Shown: positions 51,401 through 61,513 of the stretch, piece after piece
How the letters are laid out: every line of letters starts with the position of its first letter
Position numbering within the stretch: the first letter of the stretch is position 1
Assembly: GCA_965203905.1 (NCBI GenBank)
Contig: CBDBDQ010000005.1
Coordinates: forward strand, 4,768,001-4,832,000
DNA from: Spirochaetia bacterium
GTDB lineage: Bacteria; Spirochaetota; Spirochaetia; SZUA-6; Bin103
DNA: 64,000 nt
Direction of reading: 5' to 3'
The notes under the pieces: generated by a model
What the model was told of the DNA's origin: nothing
Databases searched by the model: none
What the model saw: the letters and a program-made list of their open reading frames with translations, nothing else
Made by a program: the position numbers and the translations under genes

Positions 51401-51478
51401 ACCCCCGCCGTTCTCTGGCCGTCGCCAGCCGATGCGTTGATCAGACTAATGGTGTCGCCATGGTTATCATAGCGACGA

Positions 51479-52237
51479 ATGATAGCAGAGCGCAGCATTG
51501 CCGTCGCCAGGAAGTGCATCGAGCACCTGCGGGGCGAACTTCCCGGCATGGAACTCGAGGGAGTGCGCAGCGTGTTCGTGAGTGGGAGCTACGTGCGGGG
51601 AGACTGGCTCGACGGGCGCAGCGACCTCGACATCGGGCTGGTGACCGATTGCGATTGGGAGCGAGGCTTCGCTGACGTGCGGCGCGTGGTATCCGATGTC
51701 GTTGGCGAGGACGGGTTCGACTCACACGAGGAGGGCGGCATCGACTGGAATCTGATCGCTGCCGCTTCGCTGCCGCGGACCACGCAGCAGGCGATCGATT
51801 CGCCGTATCCCTACTTCAGCGGGTTCCGTTTCGATCTGGATGCTCACTGCGACATTCTGTGGGGAGATGACTTTCGCGCTCCACTGCCGCCGGTGCCGAC
51901 GCCCCATGAAATCGCCCATCGTTTCCTGCGGCAGCGGGCGCAACGCATCGCGCTCCTCCAGGACTCCCCGCTGGGTCGCAAGCGGGCGCTGTACGCGGCA
52001 TACAAGGCAGCCATCGTGCTTCAACTCGTCCACGGCGACTTGACTCTCGACAAGCATCGGATGCCGGGGCTCTTCGAGCACAACGTCCCGGAGTTTCCCG
52101 ACAAGCGGAGTTGCGCCGCCATCATCGCCAACTATGCACGCGGCGGCTTGGCTGCCCCCGAACCGGTGGCGTTCTATCGCGCTCTGATCGATTCCTGCGG
52201 CGACCTGATCTGGTCGATGTCTTCTCGCTCAAGATAA
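51479..52237 (+). CDS. Nucleotidyltransferase-fold protein
   Basis: GSYVRGD...SDLDI. Confidence 0.75.
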   Translation: MIAERSIAVARKCIEHLRGELPGMELEGVRSVFVSGSYVRGDWLDGRSDLDIGLVTDCDWERGFADVRRVVSDVVGEDGFDSHEEGGIDWNLIAAASLPRTTQQAIDSPYPYFSGFRFDLDAHCDILWGDDFRAPLPPVPTPHEIAHRFLRQRAQRIALLQDSPLGRKRALYAAYKAAIVLQLVHGDLTLDKHRMPGLFEHNVPEFPDKRSCAAIIANYARGGLAAPEPVAFYRALIDSCGDLIWSMSSRSR

Positions 52238-52380
52238 GGGTAGGCGGCCAGGATCTCGTTCGCCGATCTACCGGCAGCCAAGAGCCCCACTACTGTTGCA
52301 ACGGTTACCCGGAGTCCCCGGATACACGCCTCTCCGCCCATGACATCAGGATCAAGAGTGATTCGAGGGAATCTTTGCAT
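52174..52380 (-). CDS. DUF433 domain antitoxin
   Basis: RITLDPDVMGGEACIRGLRVTV...EILAAYPYLEREDI. Confidence 0.8.
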   Translation of the reverse strand: MQRFPRITLDPDVMGGEACIRGLRVTVATVVGLLAAGRSANEILAAYPYLEREDIDQIRSPQESIRAR

Positions 52381-52518
52381 AGTCATTCTCCTACCGATTA
52401 TAGCGTGGATTGCGTGCTCGTATTTCCTCATGCATGCTATACGCATGCTATCGCTCTCAGGGCCTGCCCAAGCACGGGTGGGTATTGTTCTCGCCACGGT
52501 TGACGTTTGGGTCTTTGG

Positions 52519-53364
52519 ATGAATCCGCTGACGAATGGCGAGATCCGGTTTTTCAAGCGCGAGGGGTACCTGGTCAAGCGCGGCGTGCTCGCCCCGGAGT
52601 TGATGGCGCGCGCCCGCGAGCGCAAGTGGGCAGGTGCGCCGGCGCGCATGAAGCGGGACGATCCCACCACCTGGTGCGGTCCGTTTCCGCCCGACGAGGA
52701 ACAGGGAGAGGCAAGCGAGAACTGTCGCATCGGATTCACCTGGAAGTACCGGGAGCCGGCGCGCGAGCCGTGGATCGTCGCCATGCTGGCCACCAACCCG
52801 GTGATCTTCGGGTGGGTTGAGCAGCTCCTCGGCCGGGACGAGGTGGAGATTCCGGAGCGGATCCGTGGCATCTACTGCCGACTGCCGATGGGCGACCTGC
52901 CGCCGCGCCCGACCGAGTGCCACTGTGACGTGACTCCCGATCGCCTGCACGACACACCGCTGGAGGAACTGCTCGCCCCCGGCCTCGGCGTGGTCGGCCT
53001 GATCGCCGACATTCCCCCGTCAGGCGGGGCGTTCACCGTATGGCCCGGCACCCACCGGATCATCCATGACCTGGTGCTCAACACCGAGGGCCTGGCACGC
53101 AACGAGGCGTACAAGAGGCGTATAATCGAGTTCAACGCCGACCCTCACGTGGAGGGCCACGGGGCCGCCGGCGACATCCTCATCTGGCATCGCCTGCTGG
53201 CGCACACCGCGGGCTGGAACCGGTCGCCGCGGATCCAGCTTCGCGAATCGGTCCTGTGCGACTACCGGAAACGCGAGGGCTCGGTCCCCGATCGCGAACA
53301 ATCCTCCGCGGATATGTGGCAGAGCTGGTCGCACGAGGTGTGCTCGCTGCGAACCTCCCCATGA
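52519..53364 (+). CDS. Phytanoyl-CoA dioxygenase (PhyH) family protein
   Basis: FFKREGYLV, HCD, GAFTVWPGTH, GDILIWH..LAH. Confidence 0.85.
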   Translation: MNPLTNGEIRFFKREGYLVKRGVLAPELMARARERKWAGAPARMKRDDPTTWCGPFPPDEEQGEASENCRIGFTWKYREPAREPWIVAMLATNPVIFGWVEQLLGRDEVEIPERIRGIYCRLPMGDLPPRPTECHCDVTPDRLHDTPLEELLAPGLGVVGLIADIPPSGGAFTVWPGTHRIIHDLVLNTEGLARNEAYKRRIIEFNADPHVEGHGAAGDILIWHRLLAHTAGWNRSPRIQLRESVLCDYRKREGSVPDREQSSADMWQSWSHEVCSLRTSP

Positions 53365-53399
53365 CTCATTTTCTCCGGGTACGGCCAGTCGTTCTGCGC

Positions 53400-53520
53400 G
53401 GTCTGCTGCCACAGGATGTTCAGGTTGACACTGAAGTAGGCGTGAACCAGTCGATTGCGTCTGGCTGTCACAACGCTTGACAATATCCCTCCGGCGGGGT
53501 ACCAAAGGCGCTGAGGAGCC
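53400..53520 (-). pseudogene. DUF86/HepT-like RNase remnant
   Basis: RNRLVHAYFSVNLNILWQ. Confidence 0.65.
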
Positions 53521-53641
53521 TCCAAGGTGACCAAACCGGGCGAGGAACACCGCCATGGACAAGCGCCATGAAGCGGCGGGTCACGTCAACGCCGGAGTGG
53601 AACGAGTCGGAGGAGCGGTCCAGAGGGCGCAGGTTTATTGA

Positions 53642-54493
53642 TTGGTACGTAACGCGAGTCCAAAGAAGTTAGCCGGCGACAGGATTTTTGACGCAGCTTC
53701 CAACACGATCCTTGTGGTTGCTCTGATTGCCGGACTGTTTCCCCTCCTGTGGATGATCACGAACTCTTTCAAGACCTCGGAAGAGATATTTCTGAGATCC
53801 CTTCATCTGCCAAGCACGGTGAGTTTCGGCGTTTTCCCGCGCGCCTGGGACATAGCCAAGTTTTCGTTAGCTGTTCCTAACAGCGTTTATCTTACCGTGG
53901 CCAATGTTCTCTACATTATTGCTTTGTCTTCGCTTGCCGCGTACCCAATTGCCCGAATGAAATTCCTGGGACGTAGTTTCCTCAACTGGCTGCTCATCGC
54001 GTCAATAATAATCTCGCCACAGATTCTCTTGATCCCATCGTTCTTTCAAATGAGAAAACTCGGGCTGATCAATAATCTTCTCAGCGTGGTTTTCGTGTTT
54101 GGAACGCTGGTGGTTCCCTTTGCAGCATACCTGCTTATCAGTTTTTTTAAGGAAATCCCAATTGATATTGAAGAATCGACCAAGATGGATGGCTGCTCGA
54201 GTTTTCGTTTTTTTGTTTCATTCATGCTTCCATTGTCAATGCCGGTGCTGTCGAGTTTGGTCATTTTGACCTCCCTCTGGTCGTGGAATGAGTATCTGTT
54301 CTCGCTGACGTTTCTACAAACGAGCGCCGCCAAGACAATTCCCCCTCAACTGTCCTGGTTCTTTGGAAGATATTACACCGATTGGGGCGGTCTGTTTGCG
54401 GCGTTGACTATCGCAGTCGTACCCTTGGTCATATTGTACCTATTCTTGCAGAGGTACTTTATCAGAGGGCTAACGGCGGGGTCTATCAGATAG
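53642..54493 (+). CDS. Carbohydrate ABC transporter permease (MalG-like)
   Basis: EAA-like loop IEESTKMDG; WNEY; FLQRYFIRGLTAGS. Confidence 0.92.
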   Translation: MVRNASPKKLAGDRIFDAASNTILVVALIAGLFPLLWMITNSFKTSEEIFLRSLHLPSTVSFGVFPRAWDIAKFSLAVPNSVYLTVANVLYIIALSSLAAYPIARMKFLGRSFLNWLLIASIIISPQILLIPSFFQMRKLGLINNLLSVVFVFGTLVVPFAAYLLISFFKEIPIDIEESTKMDGCSSFRFFVSFMLPLSMPVLSSLVILTSLWSWNEYLFSLTFLQTSAAKTIPPQLSWFFGRYYTDWGGLFAALTIAVVPLVILYLFLQRYFIRGLTAGSIR

Positions 54494-55419
54494 TGGTAGC
54501 AGTAAGCCTGTTGAAAACAAGAAAGCTCAGAAGGTTTTCAATCACTCCCTATCTATACCTCCTTCCGGCTTTTTTTATGTTGTTTGTGTTCATTTACTAC
54601 TCCATAGTTACGGGTTTCGGCTATTCTTTCAGCAAGTTCAGGGACTTTGCCCCAGCGGGATTCGTAGGCTTTCAGAACTATGTTGACGCGTTCAACAATG
54701 ATGATTTCATAAACTCGATCAGATCAACCCTGATCTGGGTTCTCCTGACGGCAACGATTCCCACTTTTGCAGGACTATTGCTGGCAATTCTTGTCTATTA
54801 TCAGACCACAGGACGGGTTGTGTCCGGAGTAGCCCGCACCATACTGTTCATGCCGATGATGATGTCGGCCGTTGCCGTGGGTCTGCTGTGGTCGCTCATT
54901 TACAACCCTCTGTTGGGCTTGCTGAACCAGTTGCTGCACTTGATCGGGGCGATCCCGGCTGGTACCTATGTTGGATTCTTGGAGAATCCGAAGACCGCGC
55001 TGTATGAGGCTTTTGTCCCGATGGTGTGGCAAAGCGCCGGATTTTCGATGGTTATTTTTTCGGCCGCGCTGCAGGGCATCCCAATCGATATACGCGAAGC
55101 GGCTGTTTTGGATGGGGCCAGCAAAGCCAAGGAAATCAGGCATGTGGTGATACCGTTCATCGTTCCGACGATCGTATCTCTGGTTACCGTAAACATGATC
55201 AGCGGATTCAAGGCCTTTGACCTCCTCAACGTACTGACTCATGGCGGCCCCGCGGACTCGACGATGATCGTCTCCCTGTACATGTACAAGCAGGCGTTCT
55301 CGGCCTGGAAATACGGTTATTCGTCAGCAGTCGCAGTGGTCCTGTTCATGTCGATATTGGTTAGTGTTTTCTTGTTTAGTTTGGTGGCAAAGAGATTGTT
55401 AGAAAGGAGTAGCAAATGA
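54493..55419 (+). CDS. Carbohydrate ABC transporter permease (MalF-like)
   Basis: FVGFQNY, EAAVLDGA, TxGGP. Confidence 0.92.
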   Translation: MVAVSLLKTRKLRRFSITPYLYLLPAFFMLFVFIYYSIVTGFGYSFSKFRDFAPAGFVGFQNYVDAFNNDDFINSIRSTLIWVLLTATIPTFAGLLLAILVYYQTTGRVVSGVARTILFMPMMMSAVAVGLLWSLIYNPLLGLLNQLLHLIGAIPAGTYVGFLENPKTALYEAFVPMVWQSAGFSMVIFSAALQGIPIDIREAAVLDGASKAKEIRHVVIPFIVPTIVSLVTVNMISGFKAFDLLNVLTHGGPADSTMIVSLYMYKQAFSAWKYGYSSAVAVVLFMSILVSVFLFSLVAKRLLERSSK

Positions 55420-55490
55420 AAAATGTACCCTGATTGAGTCTTCGTGGTGTAGGTTTCGAGAAAATCATGCTTTTTCATAAGGAGTAAGAG

Positions 55491-56750
55491 ATGAAGAGAG
55501 CTGGAGTATTTGTCGTATTGGCAACTTTGGTGGTTGCTGGCGTGATGGCTGGCGCGGCCGATGAGGCGGCAGGCGAACCGGTCACGCTGCAGTATATGAC
55601 GTGGATAAAGAGTAGCGCGGATAATGCCGCAGCGTTCGATGCGGCCAACCCTGGCATCAATGTTGATGTGGAGTTTCTTGGTGGGGTTGCAGATTATCAG
55701 ACCCCGCTACGGGTCAGGTTGGCGTCTGGAGACCATCCTGATGTGTGGGATTCAAGTTCAGGATCCTTTTACACCCAGCGGGTCGAGGGTGGTGGAGCAA
55801 TGGATATCACCGATCTGTACCATGACCGAGGCTGGAATGAGTATTACTCACAGGGGGCCACCGATGCGGTCACCCGGGACGGACGGATCTATGGTATCGT
55901 GGTCGGCGGTGTATTCCCCTGGCAGATGATTTTTGTAAATGTAGACGTCTTCAAAAGGCTTGGCCTGGAATACCCGAAGACTATCGATGATATGGTTGAC
56001 CTGGTGCCAAAGCTGCGAGCAGACGGTATTGAACCTTTTGGCTTCGTTAATGCTGACGGCTGGATGGGGCAAATCATCTTTGGTGATTATATGATGCAGC
56101 TGGTGGAGCATGACACCGACGAGAAGTTGAATTCTGGTGAGCTCAAGTGGAATGAAGTACCGGAAATGGTGGACGGCTTTGAGGCAGTAAAAAAATTGGT
56201 AGACGCAGATGCTTTCATGGTGGGATGGCAGTCAGGCGGTATCGACGACATGAGACATGCTTTTCTGTCACAAAAAGTAGCAACCATGTATGTGGGAACT
56301 TGGTGGGTCTTGGGAGATTGGGGCGGACCTTATGATTTCGAGATTGATAGTATCCCTCTCCCGCTGATTGATATCAATCAACCGCCTAAAGCCTATCAGA
56401 CGTATCCGGATGGAATCGCAGTGATTTCACCGAACACCAAGCATGAGCAAGAGTCCATCGCTTTTCTGTCTTCATTTGTAACGGATGATTTCCACAGAGA
56501 CATTCTTGGTGCCGGCGGCTCGCTTACTACTGTCCCGAGTGTAAACGAGCAACTTGACCTGCACCCGTTCATTGTCAACGAGCACATTCTGAACCAGTTC
56601 AATTTTCCTTTGACTAACTACTGGACGACATCTTTTCCGGTGCCTGTTGAAGAAGTGCTGGCAACCCAGTTCGACTTGATAATGGCGGGACAGACAACAA
56701 TTGAAAAAGCCCTGGATTTGATTGAGGCTGAGCACAAAGAGTACCGGTAG
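55491..56750 (+). CDS. Extracellular solute-binding protein (sugar ABC)
   Basis: Signal peptide; SBP family 1 features; AAGGAG RBS. Confidence 0.9.
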   Translation: MKRAGVFVVLATLVVAGVMAGAADEAAGEPVTLQYMTWIKSSADNAAAFDAANPGINVDVEFLGGVADYQTPLRVRLASGDHPDVWDSSSGSFYTQRVEGGGAMDITDLYHDRGWNEYYSQGATDAVTRDGRIYGIVVGGVFPWQMIFVNVDVFKRLGLEYPKTIDDMVDLVPKLRADGIEPFGFVNADGWMGQIIFGDYMMQLVEHDTDEKLNSGELKWNEVPEMVDGFEAVKKLVDADAFMVGWQSGGIDDMRHAFLSQKVATMYVGTWWVLGDWGGPYDFEIDSIPLPLIDINQPPKAYQTYPDGIAVISPNTKHEQESIAFLSSFVTDDFHRDILGAGGSLTTVPSVNEQLDLHPFIVNEHILNQFNFPLTNYWTTSFPVPVEEVLATQFDLIMAGQTTIEKALDLIEAEHKEYR

Positions 56751-56869
56751 TTTCTATCGCATGTAGCGAAAGGACTCTGGTCTATTACGATCCCTTATTG
56801 CCGGGTTAACATCATTTGTTAGTACGGTGGTAAGGGGTCTTTTTTTGCACCCCACAGAAGGAGAATGAC

Positions 56870-57883
56870 ATGAAGGAATGTGCCCTCATTGCATGGCAGG
56901 ACCAACATTTCTCATTGGAGGAAGTGGAGCTGCCTGATCCAGGACCTGATCAGGTTCGCATCAAGACCCACTACTCAGGGGTAAGCATTGGAACCGAATT
57001 TGCCTACATCACCGGAAAGGGCAAGATCGAGGGCAAGTCGCACCCGATGTGCACCGGGTATCAGGGAACCGGAGTCGTAGAAGCGGTCGGAAGTGATGTA
57101 GAAGACTTCAAAGAAGGAGACTTGACCTATTTCAGAGGCGGTGCAGGCATAAAGCTGTCGGACGGTACTTCAGTGTCCTCCCTGTTCGGTACCCACGCCT
57201 CGGCAGTGGTCCTCGATCCGCGTGGGGTTGATGGTGCATACCATTTGGTGCCTGGTGCGGACATGGAGTTGGCCAGTCTCTATGTCATGCCCGCGGTAGC
57301 ACTCAAAGGCGTAGATACCGCGAATCCTCGCATGGGCGAAACTGTTGTAGTGTTCGGCTGCGGACTGATCGGTCTCGGCGTCGTCGCGTTGCTGGTGCAC
57401 CGAGGGTGTAACGTCATCGCGGTAGATTTGCTCAGCGCCAGGTTGAAGGTCGCCGAAGATCTTGGCGCCGACCATCTCCTGGATGCATCGGCAGTGGACG
57501 TTAAAGAAGAGGTGCTGAAGTTGGCTCCCAAGGGTGCGGACGTGGTATTCGAATGCACGGGAAGCCCTGCCAGCATTGATCCTGCAATCGACTTGTGCAA
57601 ACAGAAGGGCTCATTCGTTTGGCAGGGATACTACGGGGTCGCTCCGCTTTCAATGCTCGTTCCTACTCCCCAGTACCGCGAAGTAACCATGCATTTCCCC
57701 TGCGGGGACGGACACGAGACGTGCCGCCGTGCGGTGATCAAAAATATGACGTTGGGGACGCTCCAGTGGGAGAAATGTATTACTCATCACGTTTCCTATA
57801 CTGAAGCGGCGGATATTTACACCCGGATCGGAAACAGGGACAAGGATGTCGTCGGCGTCACCATCAATTGGACAGACGCATAG
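56870..57883 (+). CDS. Zinc-type alcohol dehydrogenase-like (MDR) protein
   Basis: GVSIGTE, GY.G.GVV, GCGLIG, DVVFECTG. Confidence 0.9.
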   Translation: MKECALIAWQDQHFSLEEVELPDPGPDQVRIKTHYSGVSIGTEFAYITGKGKIEGKSHPMCTGYQGTGVVEAVGSDVEDFKEGDLTYFRGGAGIKLSDGTSVSSLFGTHASAVVLDPRGVDGAYHLVPGADMELASLYVMPAVALKGVDTANPRMGETVVVFGCGLIGLGVVALLVHRGCNVIAVDLLSARLKVAEDLGADHLLDASAVDVKEEVLKLAPKGADVVFECTGSPASIDPAIDLCKQKGSFVWQGYYGVAPLSMLVPTPQYREVTMHFPCGDGHETCRRAVIKNMTLGTLQWEKCITHHVSYTEAADIYTRIGNRDKDVVGVTINWTDA

Positions 57884-57892
57884 GAGCACTGT

Positions 57893-58741
57893 ATGAGCAC
57901 GATATTGGTTACTGGCGCCAGCGGTTTCATCGGCTCGGCGCTGTCCGCCGCGCTGGGAGCCGATCACGAGGTCATCGCCATGAGTCGGAGCACCGTCGAC
58001 ATTCCCGGCGTAACCTACGTCAAGGGTGAGTTTGGTTCTTTTGAAGCTCTCAGACAGCTGGACAAATGGGATTTCGATGCCGTGGTGCATCTTGCAGCGG
58101 AGTTACGGGGTCCGGAACGAGACTTTGTGATGGTGAATGGTGAGGGCTCCCGTTGCCTGATCCGCTACCTGATCGATCGGGGATGCAGAAAATTCGTCAT
58201 GGCAAGCTCGATTGCCGCGATCGGCTGTCAGAGTGTTCGGTTTCGTCCCGATGTACTTCCAATACCCGATGAACATCCCTGCTATGACCTCGATGGTTAC
58301 GGATTCAGCAAATTCATTATGGAAGAGATCACCAAGTACTATTGGCGACAGAATCCGGAGATCGATGTAATCAATATTAGGCTTTGCTCAGTCATACAGG
58401 GCGATGTTCCAAGACCGAGACCGGCGGGGATTAGACCGATTCTGGAGTGGACCGTGGGGAATGTCACCTTGATGTTTCTGTCGGATGCAATTCGCGCCTT
58501 TAGTCTGGCCGTTCTCGGCCCCCTCAAGCCAGGTGTACGTACCCTGAACACGGCCGCGGAGCGTATCTGGGCGACCGTGCCTACCGCCGATTTCCTCGAG
58601 AACTGGTGGGGGGATGCCGTGGACCTTTCTTACTTCCGAAGGCCGGGAAACGAGTTCCGTGGCGTTTACAGCGTCGACCGGTTGCGAGAAGAGTTGGATT
58701 TCACCGCTGTTGATACGCTCAACTATTTGGAAAGTGTGTAG
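57893..58741 (+). CDS. NAD-dependent epimerase/dehydratase
   Basis: TGASGFIG, VVHLAA, YGFSK. Confidence 0.9.
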   Translation: MSTILVTGASGFIGSALSAALGADHEVIAMSRSTVDIPGVTYVKGEFGSFEALRQLDKWDFDAVVHLAAELRGPERDFVMVNGEGSRCLIRYLIDRGCRKFVMASSIAAIGCQSVRFRPDVLPIPDEHPCYDLDGYGFSKFIMEEITKYYWRQNPEIDVINIRLCSVIQGDVPRPRPAGIRPILEWTVGNVTLMFLSDAIRAFSLAVLGPLKPGVRTLNTAAERIWATVPTADFLENWWGDAVDLSYFRRPGNEFRGVYSVDRLREELDFTAVDTLNYLESV

Positions 58742-58779
58742 CTGACGGGACGACACACGGCGTTTGGACGGGCGCGCCG

Positions 58780-59529
58780 TCACGATTCCGCTCTCGTCTC
58801 CGGCGTTGTCGGGGGGACTTCGTACCCGTACCGTTCCATTGCGGGTGCGAAGAAATCGTAGTAGTTGGGCCCGGGGTCGGTCTTCCAGCGCCCGACCGCC
58901 TCGGGGTTCACGGGAATCCGGGCCAGCTTGACTCCCAGGTAGGACTCCAGGCGGGCGAGCGTGTGGTCCTGGCGTTGGACGAAATCCTCGAACCGCACCT
59001 CGATCCAGTTCCGGGGTCGCGGGGTGGCGCGGACCAGGTCGTACTGGTACTTCCATGACATGGCCCGACGCAGGCGGATGTCTTCGGTTGACGGACAGGC
59101 GATACCCCAGTCGCTCAGGTTGTCCGTGATGTGCCTGCCGACGATGCAGTCGCGCGGGTTGCGGATCCAGAAGATGTACCTGACATCCGGGAACATCCTG
59201 ACGATCCAGGGAAAGGTGAGGGTGGTTTCGGGGATCTTCCATCCTCGGTGCGGCGCCGGGCTCGTCAACACGCTCCGGAGATACGACCGGATCAGCGACT
59301 CGAACTCGGGCGGAATGGGCATCGTGTGGAGGCGGCTGAAGTCCCACTCCAGCGCTCTCAGCCAGCGAACGTGCCGGGCGATCAGGCGGGAGGCCTCGTA
59401 CATCGCCTGCGGCGGCAGCAGGTCTCCCGAGCGGTTCAGCGGCTCGCCCATCCAGACGCCGCTGGCCGAGAGCGTGTGCGACATGGCCCGCGTGCCGGAA
59501 TGCCCCCGCCCGATGATGGTGGTCAGCAT
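58780..59529 (-). CDS. Sulfotransferase family protein
   Basis: GRGHSGT, GWKIP, RNPRD, VRFEDF. Confidence 0.85.
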   Translation of the reverse strand: MLTTIIGRGHSGTRAMSHTLSASGVWMGEPLNRSGDLLPPQAMYEASRLIARHVRWLRALEWDFSRLHTMPIPPEFESLIRSYLRSVLTSPAPHRGWKIPETTLTFPWIVRMFPDVRYIFWIRNPRDCIVGRHITDNLSDWGIACPSTEDIRLRRAMSWKYQYDLVRATPRPRNWIEVRFEDFVQRQDHTLARLESYLGVKLARIPVNPEAVGRWKTDPGPNYYDFFAPAMERYGYEVPPTTPETRAES

Positions 59530-59554
59530 CGGTGCCCACGAGGCCCAACACGAT

Positions 59555-61216
59555 TCATGTGCTCAACATCTCCAGGAGATCTCCCCGGCGGAACGTCGCA
59601 GAGAGCTGCTGCAACGAGATTTCCCGATCTCCATAACACTGCTTGAGCGCGACGCTTACCTTTGATATCGCCCGAGTTTGATAAGTGCCTCCGTGTTGCC
59701 TAAGGAGATTCAACAGTTCCGCAAAGTTTCGGTGTGAAACGTCGGCCAGCTCAATGCCTTGCTCGTGAAGCAATTCCCTTCCGACAAGCATGGAGACATA
59801 ATGGGCACTATAAGGAATGAATGGTGGCGGGGCGACTTCTGACGGTCGTTTCCGCGCATTTTCCACATCACGGAAGATCAGCACGGCAAGAATGGCCTGT
59901 GCCGCATTCAGATCTGTGAAAATGTCCAAATAGAGTTTGCCAAAGTGTTCCTTCCTCCGGAACTTGGCCTGGTGTGGCTTCTCCCTCCACACTGCAAGCG
60001 TTGCTTCCGCGACGATAGAGCTGGTGATGACGCTGGAGCCACCTCCCCCCTCTTCTCTTTGGCGCTTATAGCTGTAGCGGAGGTCCTTCATGCCAAGTTC
60101 CAGAGTCCTTTGAATCTCATCATTGGAACGCAGGTCGCGCAGATCAACTGGGTTCTGACTGTTGGTTGCATACGTGATTTCCTGAACAAAATCCTTTTTT
60201 TCATCGGCCAACTGATAGATTCGTACCATGACATAGGCCGACTGTCCAAACAGATTTGGCAACCCTGATTTCAGCGTCTCATGGATGGTCTTGCAGGTTT
60301 GGCCACCGTTTATGATCTGCATGTTCTTGAGTTGAACCTGGTGATCACTTTTCTGAAACGCATTGTAATCGAACTTGTCACACACCACGGTAATTCCGTT
60401 GTTGTAAAAATAGAACTTGTCTGCGCTGTCAGAAAGCAGCGTTTCATGAATTGCGGAATTCACCCGGTTGCTGTGCAGGCCGAGATAACGTCTGATGTTC
60501 CTTTGTAACAGTCGATCACCATGCCGTTCGAATAGATCGGCGATGTGTTGAACCGCCACACGCCCCAACAACACTCGCATGTAATTCATGTCCTCGACAA
60601 TCAATTGACCACTGAGCTGTAAGGCGGCATCCACTGCCTTCGTGCGCTGAAGGATTCGCACAATGGAATCGTGATTGAAGTGATAAAATTCTACTTTCTC
60701 AGGATAAGCCTTCGTCGTGTCATCTATCCATCCCTGAGCAATTGGGTTCCACTTCGCTCCATTATTGCAGAGCATGACACGAACCTTAGGTATGTACGTA
60801 TCACGAATGAGCGAACGGATCTCTTCAACCTTTGGCGCAAGTCGTTCATTCAAGGTCACGTGCCGGAAGGGATCGAATAGAATCTGAACTGTGCCCACGG
60901 CCTTCTGCACGCCGTTTTCTGGGAAGTTCGCGGTACCGTCGAGGTCATTGATCTTGTACTTTCCTTGAAAGATCGTCACTAAGAACTCACCATCTTCTAC
61001 CTCGTCGATATGCAACCCATCAACACCGGCATCATTGCCGCCATCGGTGAGCAGCTCCACGCAGTCTTCCAGTGGGATCTCGAGGCAGTTCGCCATGCAC
61101 AGCAACACGAACGCTGCAGAGCGCCTTTTGTTGTCGTCGCCGGTTGGCATCCAGTCGGCATGTTTTTCCAATAGTCCAGTTAACTGTTGATCTATGATAC
61201 TGGCGTTGATGTCCAT
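59555..61216 (-). CDS. AIPR family (abortive infection phage resistance) protein
   Basis: DGGNDAGVDG, NIRRYLG, FYFYNNGIT, IINGGQT, TNSQN. Confidence 0.92.
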   Translation of the reverse strand: MDINASIIDQQLTGLLEKHADWMPTGDDNKRRSAAFVLLCMANCLEIPLEDCVELLTDGGNDAGVDGLHIDEVEDGEFLVTIFQGKYKINDLDGTANFPENGVQKAVGTVQILFDPFRHVTLNERLAPKVEEIRSLIRDTYIPKVRVMLCNNGAKWNPIAQGWIDDTTKAYPEKVEFYHFNHDSIVRILQRTKAVDAALQLSGQLIVEDMNYMRVLLGRVAVQHIADLFERHGDRLLQRNIRRYLGLHSNRVNSAIHETLLSDSADKFYFYNNGITVVCDKFDYNAFQKSDHQVQLKNMQIINGGQTCKTIHETLKSGLPNLFGQSAYVMVRIYQLADEKKDFVQEITYATNSQNPVDLRDLRSNDEIQRTLELGMKDLRYSYKRQREEGGGGSSVITSSIVAEATLAVWREKPHQAKFRRKEHFGKLYLDIFTDLNAAQAILAVLIFRDVENARKRPSEVAPPPFIPYSAHYVSMLVGRELLHEQGIELADVSHRNFAELLNLLRQHGGTYQTRAISKVSVALKQCYGDREISLQQLSATFRRGDLLEMLST

Positions 61217-61513
61217 GACGCTACGTCTCCGGCCAACTGTGAGTCTGTGTCAATTTCGGTTCGAGTTCTCATTTCATGCTGATGCGGGATCATACCACAG
61301 AAACGGTTTGCGGATGAGCATCAACGCTACGCCGGCTCTTCGGGGCTGAACGGCAAGTCCGAGTGGTCCCCGTGCCGGACCGCGTCGGAGCGACCCTGGC
61401 CTGCGGAGCAGGCGAGTCTCGTCGGTGGGTGGGCAGGCAGTGCTTCGGTCGTTAGGGTAGGCTGTGGTGGGCCTGCCGCCGATGCAGTCGCGCGCGACGA
61501 GGTTAAGACCAGG

